Virus record (IMG/VR): IMGVR_UViG_3300042988_001200
DNA length: 64,000 bases
Strand: one strand, 5' to 3'
Origin: a virus
Lineage: Duplodnaviria; Caudoviricetes
Shown here: positions 29,001-36,783 of the stretch, one piece after another
Layout: every line of letters begins with the position of its first letter
Position numbering within the stretch: the first letter of the stretch is position 1
Notes under the pieces: model-generated
Database searches by the model: none
The model's input: only the letters and a program-made list of their open reading frames with translations
Told to the model about the DNA's origin: nothing
Translations under genes and position numbers: made by a program

Positions 29001-29212
29001 ATAAAGTAGAGGATTTTATAGATAGTAAAACTAAGGCTATTGGTGGGATTAATACTATTAAGAAGATACCTAAACTTATAAAACTATTAACTAAGTATGA
29101 TATCCCTATCCTAGAAAGAGTTAACACTATTATGGATTGTTTAGATATATTGGAGGAAGCTCGTAATATATTTAATCCTGATATATTAGAGGATGTAATT
29201 ATTAATAACTAA
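26087..29212 (+). CDS. Large tail/baseplate-associated protein with Ser/Thr-rich putative beta-helix and helical C-terminus
   Basis: 1041 aa inside baseplate cluster; charged disordered N-terminus, S/T/N-rich short-strand region, coiled coil. Confidence 0.45.
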   Translation: MTTPKPTETNKEVAPKEVAKDTDKTLKEEKANTDKETDKAEETVESSNTKKRKLLPANILTEPRLLMNGGTPQTETLNVVEEVTVKVQQTAEAKAKAASKVSKEKSFPSQLGTTLIEMTKSLFNYQRLFTYEPNIEKLNQAALNTNEGNTTSIVSNKGIQISSASSLDLSSLTASSVHAPMVITNSSTTYNKSEAFYSLGNTNQSRYELSYNQSNKFINTGKHNLDIFSLSEDKSRNKILEATIDYSETSPSISRYSSTDNTLTDNHKLQVAEDSLYQTQTGSIVIANGRPIADNIPSLLSFPITGINPNQSLMVIGEGTITTNSSKQIKNTVPRMTSVGKFIENIAKDKAVTLTDLHNVYSDTSVILGNKGFISGTTLKSATTLIGKFTFLGGFLSAVYTGKSLISIAKNVLSKVEIPIKLPIPPLPSKPKGYDSKDIDDCIPKSQKEEDEIVEDYHNQPIDPTLYYVPYLGDLEEYESLGDTVPKLFILRRNLRRVDREVNKVSKEILKYKAYSSQFNELIQIKVDLDLRFVGIINKIRALEAKLRALGIDTEQFEFSEPTLDSVILYDNNDAPIDAGIDTERRVSIPPSNREDSTTPLEEQPSRSSTTGDNSNEESEDYQQYRKNRDTLPSLEQDAYKKEKELSSNKSTGNTVQASEESGSLSSSAFTTRTTSLRYELSSKREIKGIESSKKPSLAPGSYLNLFSQDVEDTDEEKQETENNSISTLGAFEKLSLSIFTKAVDELDSLTDLDKQLLKEKGDAIIKEIQRSKSFKGIATALGLDKKYDEVIEGLDKQLTNHIGAGFLCLLDKGISKAKGASNRYINNLERIQDIVVNIPNRGVESGEDFGRDLLFTLNKSQDPIGDIKKVFTRSLIRKYGLTPGINPSIPDPYSGLYKTQKAIDGDLRNIESLVSSLVEDIIKDKEVVIEAYDEHVRPLVKDVVDTYKEKGFSGLVSRVTQDTETKEFIKNKVEDFIDSKTKAIGGINTIKKIPKLIKLLTKYDIPILERVNTIMDCLDILEEARNIFNPDILEDVIINN

Positions 29213-29213
29213 T

Positions 29214-29708
29214 ATGGACTCTTTATCTCTACTTTATCTACTAGAAGACCTTCCTAGATATATTCAATACATCAATCTTTATAATGATTTAAACCCAGAA
29301 GAGCCTATTATTCTACCAAAGAACTGTCAATTACCTAGAGAAACCTCTATAGCTTCTACTTGTTTACTTAATGGAATAACTAATAATCAGGTCTCCTTTA
29401 GTTATATAGAGAGACCTAAGTACCCTCCTACTATTAATAAAAGTAAGTTAGTTATTAAACCAAAGAGCTATATAAGACTCCTAGATAACTCTTATCATTA
29501 TCCTTATATATCAAACCAGGAGTTTATACCCCTTTGTTTAGTTAGTGTAATAACCCAATACGACACTCAATCTAACCAAGGAATTGCTTATATGAGTCCT
29601 AGAGATGTGTATGTTATAGATGCTTTCTCTGTACTAAGGAAGATAAATACTATTCAATTAGGCTCTTTATACTCTATTAATCTAGAAGATTGTTATATTG
29701 ATTATTGA
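29214..29708 (+). CDS. Hypothetical protein
   Basis: ORF in operon. Confidence 0.5.
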   Translation: MDSLSLLYLLEDLPRYIQYINLYNDLNPEEPIILPKNCQLPRETSIASTCLLNGITNNQVSFSYIERPKYPPTINKSKLVIKPKSYIRLLDNSYHYPYISNQEFIPLCLVSVITQYDTQSNQGIAYMSPRDVYVIDAFSVLRKINTIQLGSLYSINLEDCYIDY

Positions 29709-29709
29709 T

Positions 29710-30039
29710 ATGTTAAGTATAAGTAAACCCCCTTTCTATGACTATAAAGGCTTAGTTCTTTTAATAAAGAATGTAGATAAGATAGGTAAAAGAGTTAATA
29801 TAAGCCTTTATGAAGAGGATTTAAGTTGTATTAATTCTCTATTTACTCTTATAAATGAATATATAAATGTACCTAAAGGAGAGAGTTTATTCCAAAAGGA
29901 GATAGATATTACCCCCTTTCGTATCTATAAGATAGAACTTATATATGAAGATAATAGAACTTCATTAGTGTTAACTCCTAATAAAGGACAATTAATAGTC
30001 GGAGTTCCCTATTCTTCTTACTCTTATCTAGAGATATAG
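29710..30039 (+). CDS. Hypothetical protein
   Basis: ORF in operon; ATG at 29710 preferred over TTG at 29698. Confidence 0.45.
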   Translation: MLSISKPPFYDYKGLVLLIKNVDKIGKRVNISLYEEDLSCINSLFTLINEYINVPKGESLFQKEIDITPFRIYKIELIYEDNRTSLVLTPNKGQLIVGVPYSSYSYLEI

Positions 30040-30083
30040 AGCTATATTTTATATAGATTAATAGAAGATAAATAGGAGACTAT

Positions 30084-30536
30084 ATGAAAGATTTAGCTTT
30101 AAAAGATGGAGATATAAGTCTAGGTGTAAGTGAGTTAGTTCAACAAGAGTATGGAACTAGGAGAGTAAAAGACCTTTTAGTTATAGATAAAGAGACAACT
30201 CTTAAGAGATTATTAAAAAGAGCTCTAATAACTCCTATTACTTATATAGGTAGAGAGGTAATTAATTATGATGAGGGTTCTGATAGGTTAGATTTATATT
30301 ATGGTAATGGATTATATCTAGAGTTATCTGAACCATTAACTCCTGAGTGGTTAGAAAGAGCCAATAGTCATATAAGAAAAGCTCTTGCATTTTTACCTCC
30401 CGATATTCAAGTAAATAATACTAAGGTAGATATTGTATCAGAGTCCTCTGTATCTATAGTAATAACATACACTTTTAATAATCAATTAATGACTATACAA
30501 GAACTTATAGATATAAATAATCTATCTATATCTTAA
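30084..30536 (+). CDS. Baseplate wedge gp25/gpW-like
   Basis: 'MKDLAL.DGDI', 'LYYGNGLYLELSEP' and beta-rich C-terminus; precedes gpJ; AGGAG SD present. Confidence 0.7.
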   Translation: MKDLALKDGDISLGVSELVQQEYGTRRVKDLLVIDKETTLKRLLKRALITPITYIGREVINYDEGSDRLDLYYGNGLYLELSEPLTPEWLERANSHIRKALAFLPPDIQVNNTKVDIVSESSVSIVITYTFNNQLMTIQELIDINNLSIS

Positions 30537-30542
30537 ATAAAT

Positions 30543-31598
30543 ATGATACCTAAGACTACAGAACAGATTATTCAATTATTTAGAAAGGAGTTATCTACCT
30601 CTGGCTCTGAACTAGCTAACTTCTATAGATATAGTAATCTTCATTTAATATATAGGTCTATAGCCTCTATACTCTCAGAACAGGATACAGATATAAAGAT
30701 AACAAAGGATACAGGGTTTATATCTACTAGTACCGGAGAGGATTTAGATTATATAGGTAGAGACTTTAGTGTTTATAGAGATGAAGGTAATAAGGCTAGA
30801 GGATATGTACTAGCATCCAACTCTTCTCTAATAGAGATACCTCCTGGCACTATATTAAACATTGCTTCTCAGGCTCTTCAATATGAGACCTTAGAAAGAA
30901 GGGTTCTATCAAATAACATACCTCAGAGTATACCTATAGTTTCTCTATCTAGTTCCTCTCTATATAACATTAGTGCTGGTACTGTTTTATATAACTCTAT
31001 ATTCCCCTCTACTTCCTTTATAGTAGGTAGATATTCCACTAATGGTAGATATTATCCAGACTTAGTAGGAGGCTCTGATTTAGAAGAGGATGACTCCTTT
31101 AGAGATAGGATTCTAAGAAAGATTGTAGGTACAGAGTTTGGTACTTATGGAGCTATATATGATGCTGTTAAATCCCTACCATTTATTAGCCAGGTAATAA
31201 TAAAGGATTCCCTTCCTGTACCTGGCTATTTTACAGTATATATAGATACAGCAGATACTGTAAATATAAATACAGTTAGAAGACTTGTTAATAATATTAA
31301 ACCTATAGGAGTGGGATTTGTTATTAGACCTATTCTCTATACAAGTTTCTCTATAGTAGCTAGAGTAAGGGTTAATAGAATAGAGGAGGGGGTTCTTAAT
31401 AATATAAAGACTAGAATAAGGGATTTAACTACAAATCTAAGGGTAGATGAACATTTATCTAGGGATTCTATTCTTGCATCTATTATGAGAGTTAATGGAG
31501 TTATATCTGTATCTTTAACCTCCCCTTCTGGAGATTTAATACCAGCCTCTCAACAGGTGGTATCTATAGATAATATCCAAATAGATTTATATGAATAA
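30543..31598 (+). CDS. Baseplate J-like wedge protein
   Basis: 'STGEDLDYIG...R..G.KARGYV', 'GGSDLEEDDSFRDRI', 'GTYGAI..AVKSLP'. Confidence 0.9.
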   Translation: MIPKTTEQIIQLFRKELSTSGSELANFYRYSNLHLIYRSIASILSEQDTDIKITKDTGFISTSTGEDLDYIGRDFSVYRDEGNKARGYVLASNSSLIEIPPGTILNIASQALQYETLERRVLSNNIPQSIPIVSLSSSSLYNISAGTVLYNSIFPSTSFIVGRYSTNGRYYPDLVGGSDLEEDDSFRDRILRKIVGTEFGTYGAIYDAVKSLPFISQVIIKDSLPVPGYFTVYIDTADTVNINTVRRLVNNIKPIGVGFVIRPILYTSFSIVARVRVNRIEEGVLNNIKTRIRDLTTNLRVDEHLSRDSILASIMRVNGVISVSLTSPSGDLIPASQQVVSIDNIQIDLYE

Positions 31599-31603
31599 AA
31601 TAT

Positions 31604-34600
31604 ATGCTTACTTGTATTGAAGCACTAGAGAAAATAAGTTCCCTATCTGGATTAGATTTAGATGAATCTATAGATATTTCAATAGAGTCTGGGAATCAGT
31701 ATAGTTCTATTAATTATATATCTGGTTATATCAAGGGATTAGATAATGGAACTTCCTTTTCTAATTATGAGAGTGGGGTATATGAGAAAGAATGTTCTAT
31801 ATCTACTGGTATGTGGGTATATAAAGATAAGGTAGTTACAGATAACTCCTGGTGTTTGAAAGACTGTTATGAGCCTTATACCCCTATATGTAAGACTAAG
31901 GAACCCATCTATATAGACTATATATATGAACCAGATGTCTTTGAATCCAACACTTATGAACAGAGGTTAATATATAAAGAATCTTTTAAACCCTGTGGAT
32001 GGGTAGATACTCCAGAACCATATATCCCTACTTATGAAATCTATAACTCTATATATGAACAAGGTAACTCTATCCTTAATCAATATTCAATCTCTAAAGG
32101 TTTAATCCCTATAGAGATATATGATAACTGCTATGAAACTTGTTATCAAACAGAGACTATAGAGTTAGATAGAGAGTATTCATTTGTTATAAATAAGTCC
32201 ACTTGCTATGAAGAGGGGGTCTATGAGAATTGTTATACAGAGGGTTATTTTGTATATTGGCAGACTTCTTTTATATATGAAGAATCCTGCTATGACTCTT
32301 GTACAGTTAATAGTTTATTTCCTTTATTCTTCTTTACTAGAAGACAGGATACATGGTTATTAGAAGATGTCTTTTGTAAGGATATAAATACACCTACTAG
32401 ATATATAGATAATGATGGTCATCTTATTAATATTGAAGTATCTAGTTGTATAGATAAAGAACCATTACTCTGGAATGATGATTTATTAATAGACCAAGAC
32501 TGGTTAGAGTCTGATGGTAGTAGCTGCTTTGATAACTGCTATGAAAAGAGATATTACTATTATGATGAGGATAGGTATGTATACCAAGAAGGAGTTTATG
32601 AAAGTGGTGTATATACTAAAAGAGCTCTTCTAATGTCTCTTCCCTTTATGGATGTCCAATGTCCAACCTGTAATATATCTTCTAATTGTTTAGTATCTTT
32701 CTTAGGGAATATTATTCTAGAGCATCATTATAATTTAGAGGTAAGGGGAATGACAAGAGTACAGGATTACTTATATAGTAAATCTAGACCTCTAGAGATA
32801 TTAGATTCTTGTTGTACTAGACCCTATGTAGTTAATGACCAGCTCGTAAGGATTAATGGAGATGTTATAGAGATATTCCAAGAGGGTTTATTAAAAGATG
32901 ATTATCTTTATTCATTAGATATTGGATACACTATAGAGAGTACCAATGAGTTTATCCCTATTCAATCTAATGTTCCTATATCCCTTAATGGTTTCTACTC
33001 TTTATCTAGCTATATACCAGAGGGGATTAAGACTTTAATTCTATATAAATCTAATTATTACTTTAAGAAGGAAGTAGTAAGATTCTATGGAGCTTCATCT
33101 TCTAATCAATTTCTTATTCAGGATTCTTTATCTTTATTTAATAGTGTAACTAATACAACTACTATTGAGGATATAAGTATATCTCTTATATTGTTACTAT
33201 TATCTTCTTATAAAGAGTCTAAACCTTGTTCTACAGTTATATCTTTTAAGTCTTTACATCCATATATAAAGTCAGTTATAGATAATAATCTAGACATTCT
33301 ATCTACATTAATTGATAACTCTAATGATAAAAGAAGGGGTTCTATACCTAAGCAAGTAAGGTCTAATACTAAGCCAGAACATATATATGATGATAGTTAT
33401 TATCTAGAAAAGAGGGTTATTACTTGTTATGAAGAGGGGGTTTATAGTAATAAATGCGACTTCTTATGGGATGAATCCTTGATTATTGGGGATGAAATGT
33501 ACTGTTTATCTAGTTGTTTTAAGGAATCTATACTGGATTTCTCTATTAATAGAGAGGTGGATAATAGGTCTATAGCCTGGTTATTACTTGCCTATCTAAC
33601 ATATACAGAGGTTATTAATACAAATAAATATCAGTCTTCTATTGATTTATTATATGAATATCTCATTTCAGAAATAGATTATACTAATAAATTTATATAT
33701 AAAGGTTACTCTCATTCTGATATATATAGTAATTCCACTAGGTTAGAACTGATAGATACTTCCACTAACATAGCTGTTTGTATAGCCCTACTAAAGCATT
33801 ATTCAGTAACATCTAACTCAATATCCCTACTTTATGCCTCTAAACTAAAGAGATATATCTATCAATACCTTTATTCTAGAGATGATAACTTATTCATGGA
33901 TGAAGGTTACTTTACTTTAGATAGTAATTTATATGGTCTATGGCTATCTTTAGAAGTTAATGAAGCCCCTGCTGTAGAGACTATATTAGACTTCTTTACA
34001 ACTAGTCTTAATGAAGTATCTACTAATGTATCTATAAAGATAGATACTATAGATAATGAAGATATTCTTTTATTAGATAACTCCTATATCTATACAAATA
34101 TAGAATCTATATCCTTAAGAAATAATATAAAGGTTAATAATCTTTTATACTATCTGTTTAACTACTCTTTACAACAAGGCTATACCCACTCCTTCTTTAT
34201 ATTTAAAGATACAAGTCTAGATAGTAATATAGGTATTGCTAGTTGTTTATCTGATAGTTTATTTGAACATGAGTTGTTTAGAACTTATGGATATGAAGAT
34301 ATAGAAGTTTTAGAGACTAGTGAAGCTCTAATAGAAAATAGATTAAGGGATATGATGCCTATAGGATTTGACTGGTTTAGTAGAGAATCTTTAACTAGAC
34401 AAGGAAATATAGGTAATCTCTTAGGCTCTGTAAGTGGAAGTTTAGCTCTTAATAATGTTTCTATAAAGAGAATAAAGGATTCTATATCTTTAACTAATAG
34501 TAGGACTTATTCTATTAAGAGATGGGAACAGGATTTGAAAATGGTTAGATGGGAGTCTGAGACCTATACAGAATACAAGGATAGAGTGAGAAAGTTTATA

Positions 34601-35128
34601 AATAAGCCGTATATTATAAATCAAGCTATTCCTTATTTATTAAGTTTATATAAAATTGATGTAAAAAAACAATGGGATTGGAGTAGTAATATTACAAATA
34701 AATATAATTCTTTGTTCTTCTCTACTTCTAATGCTTATATTCAAGAAACAGATACAGTTATTAACACTCATATACTAGTAGTTAATTTCCCTATAACTCC
34801 CTCTCTTTATAGGTCTATAGAAGAGGTTAAACCTATAGGAACAAAGGTTATATTTGATTGGCAGTTAGATATAGAAACTTGTTTAATAGAACAAGAGTTA
34901 GAACCCTCTATAGTAGACCTTTCTACTGTTCAGAGAATACCTTCTTATTTCATAAATGAAGTATGTTGTAGTAGTAATAGTTGTAGAGTCTTAATGAAGA
35001 TAGAACTAGAGTTTGCTGTTCCCTACCCTCTTTATTTAAATAAGGATTCTATTCTAGGTCTAGAACAAGAAAGTGATAATCTAACTATTATAAGGGCTAA
35101 TAATCTTTATAGTTATTTTTATAAGTAA
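31604..35128 (+). CDS. Baseplate wedge protein (gpI/gp7-like C-terminus) with Cys/Tyr/Glu repeats and helical-toroid-like domain
   Basis: Follows gpJ; C-terminal 'IKRWEQDLKMVRWESETYTEYKDRV...IEEVKPIGTKV'; repeated (C)YE(E/S)GVYE. Confidence 0.6.
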   Translation: MLTCIEALEKISSLSGLDLDESIDISIESGNQYSSINYISGYIKGLDNGTSFSNYESGVYEKECSISTGMWVYKDKVVTDNSWCLKDCYEPYTPICKTKEPIYIDYIYEPDVFESNTYEQRLIYKESFKPCGWVDTPEPYIPTYEIYNSIYEQGNSILNQYSISKGLIPIEIYDNCYETCYQTETIELDREYSFVINKSTCYEEGVYENCYTEGYFVYWQTSFIYEESCYDSCTVNSLFPLFFFTRRQDTWLLEDVFCKDINTPTRYIDNDGHLINIEVSSCIDKEPLLWNDDLLIDQDWLESDGSSCFDNCYEKRYYYYDEDRYVYQEGVYESGVYTKRALLMSLPFMDVQCPTCNISSNCLVSFLGNIILEHHYNLEVRGMTRVQDYLYSKSRPLEILDSCCTRPYVVNDQLVRINGDVIEIFQEGLLKDDYLYSLDIGYTIESTNEFIPIQSNVPISLNGFYSLSSYIPEGIKTLILYKSNYYFKKEVVRFYGASSSNQFLIQDSLSLFNSVTNTTTIEDISISLILLLLSSYKESKPCSTVISFKSLHPYIKSVIDNNLDILSTLIDNSNDKRRGSIPKQVRSNTKPEHIYDDSYYLEKRVITCYEEGVYSNKCDFLWDESLIIGDEMYCLSSCFKESILDFSINREVDNRSIAWLLLAYLTYTEVINTNKYQSSIDLLYEYLISEIDYTNKFIYKGYSHSDIYSNSTRLELIDTSTNIAVCIALLKHYSVTSNSISLLYASKLKRYIYQYLYSRDDNLFMDEGYFTLDSNLYGLWLSLEVNEAPAVETILDFFTTSLNEVSTNVSIKIDTIDNEDILLLDNSYIYTNIESISLRNNIKVNNLLYYLFNYSLQQGYTHSFFIFKDTSLDSNIGIASCLSDSLFEHELFRTYGYEDIEVLETSEALIENRLRDMMPIGFDWFSRESLTRQGNIGNLLGSVSGSLALNNVSIKRIKDSISLTNSRTYSIKRWEQDLKMVRWESETYTEYKDRVRKFINKPYIINQAIPYLLSLYKIDVKKQWDWSSNITNKYNSLFFSTSNAYIQETDTVINTHILVVNFPITPSLYRSIEEVKPIGTKVIFDWQLDIETCLIEQELEPSIVDLSTVQRIPSYFINEVCCSSNSCRVLMKIELEFAVPYPLYLNKDSILGLEQESDNLTIIRANNLYSYFYK

Positions 35129-35166
35129 TATTTATTTATAATATTATTAACCTATAAAAAGTTAAT

Positions 35167-36273
35167 ATGTTTGATTTAATAATTGTAGGGGCTGGACCTA
35201 GGGGTATAGGTTTAGCCCTTCAAGCTATAGAGAGAAGTTTATCTGTACTAATAATAGACCCAGAACCTTTATCTACTTGGAGGAATATCCCAATAGATAT
35301 AAATATGAGAAGTCCTATAGGATTTGATTTAGTATCCTTTATGCCAGAGTATAGACAATATAGTTTATCAACTTATCTAGGTTCTTATCAAGAGTTTAAT
35401 AATCAAGAGGATATAGAAAGGTCTACGAGTGTAGTAACTAGACAGCACTTTATTAACTATATGGAGTTTATGTGGAGTAGAGTTTTATCTATATGTAGTT
35501 ATAAACAGGACAAGGTTATTAACATATGGCCTAATAAAGTTATGACTACTAAGGAAGTATATAGAGGTAAGAATGTGGTTATAGCCTATTCCCCTATTAA
35601 GGCTAAGAACCCTAATTGGTTGAATCTAGAGTTAAAGAGAAAGCTAGTTACTGCTAAGGATATAGATTCTATAAATAACTCTCTTATCTGGGTTATAGGT
35701 AGTGGACAAAGTGCCGCAGAGTATGTTTATTCTTTATGTTCTAAAGGTAATACAGTCTATTGGTTTAATAAGAAAACTCCTAGAGTAGACCAGTACCCTG
35801 CGCCTAGTTATAATCATTGGGGTTATAAGAGTGCTCTAGGCCCTTACTATAGGAGTATTAAAGAGAATAAGGAGGCAGCTATGAGATATATGAAGGATAT
35901 AAAGAGATGGCAACCATCTATTACTCCAGATATAGATACTAAGTTATCTACAGTTAAAGATAGATATAAGGTTATACTAGATAACCCCTCTTCTATAGAG
36001 GTAAATATGGATTATATTTTTCTATGTAATGGAGTTAACTCTAGTGTTGATTTAGTACCATTAGCCTTACCAGTAGATAGACATATTTATAACAATGATT
36101 TACCTCTTTTACATACAGGATTTAGAAGCTCCTTATCTAACGAAAGGAGTGGAGGGAAGGGGGGTTATATCTTTACAGGGTTACTGGCTTCTTTATATGA
36201 TGGACCTAGGCAAGGAAGTTTAATCTCTATAGGGTTAACATCTAAAGAGATATTAGATAATATTAATTTATAA
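35167..36273 (+). CDS. FAD/NAD(P)H-dependent monooxygenase, lysine/ornithine N-monooxygenase (IucD/PvdA/SidA)-like
   Basis: GAGPRG FAD motif; 'W..IP...MRSP..FDLVSF.P.Y..YSLSTYL'; 'RQHFINYM'; second Rossmann motif 'VIGSGQSAAE'; 'IFLCNG'. Confidence 0.75.
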   Translation: MFDLIIVGAGPRGIGLALQAIERSLSVLIIDPEPLSTWRNIPIDINMRSPIGFDLVSFMPEYRQYSLSTYLGSYQEFNNQEDIERSTSVVTRQHFINYMEFMWSRVLSICSYKQDKVINIWPNKVMTTKEVYRGKNVVIAYSPIKAKNPNWLNLELKRKLVTAKDIDSINNSLIWVIGSGQSAAEYVYSLCSKGNTVYWFNKKTPRVDQYPAPSYNHWGYKSALGPYYRSIKENKEAAMRYMKDIKRWQPSITPDIDTKLSTVKDRYKVILDNPSSIEVNMDYIFLCNGVNSSVDLVPLALPVDRHIYNNDLPLLHTGFRSSLSNERSGGKGGYIFTGLLASLYDGPRQGSLISIGLTSKEILDNINL

Positions 36274-36277
36274 ATCT

Positions 36278-36781
36278 ATGGATAAGTATGAGTTTAACTT
36301 AAGAGATACTACCACTTATATATCTAGATATAAGAGGTTATTAGTTTATTTAGAGGGTTCCCCTAGTTTTTATATAGGAATAGGTTATTCTTCTGAGGCT
36401 AATAGTATTAACCCTTCTGAGAGTTTAGAGGATATAAAGGGGTTAATAGGTATAAGAAAGATTAATAAATTAATTCTAGTAAAAGAATCTTCCTGTGGTT
36501 CATATAAGATAAATAATAGATTATGGGAAGAGGATAATACTAAACCTACACATCTTTATATCAATGCTTTTATTAATAGAGATGACTTTAACTTCTCTTT
36601 CTTTAATATTATTGGTATTATAAGTAATCCTATTTTTAATGTAGAAAATAATAAGGATATCTATACTTCTTTAGAAGTTGTTAATCCAGGTATACTTCAT
36701 TGGGTGGCTTATATGACTACTATTTCTAGATTAGAAATAACTTATAAATTACCAGAACTTAATCTTTTAATTAAAATATAA
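36278..36781 (+). CDS. Probable baseplate wedge protein (gp8-like)
   Basis: 'SFYIGIG...P...IKGLIGIRKI' pattern; precedes DUF4815 gene. Confidence 0.45.
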   Translation: MDKYEFNLRDTTTYISRYKRLLVYLEGSPSFYIGIGYSSEANSINPSESLEDIKGLIGIRKINKLILVKESSCGSYKINNRLWEEDNTKPTHLYINAFINRDDFNFSFFNIIGIISNPIFNVENNKDIYTSLEVVNPGILHWVAYMTTISRLEITYKLPELNLLIKI

Positions 36782-36783
36782 TT

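Noticed and set aside
34661-34670. GTA AAA AAA C, same slippery context as the chaperone site
   Set aside because: -1 frame hits TAG after five codons; no downstream ORF. Similar A-runs near 6264 and 41633 also lead to quick stops.
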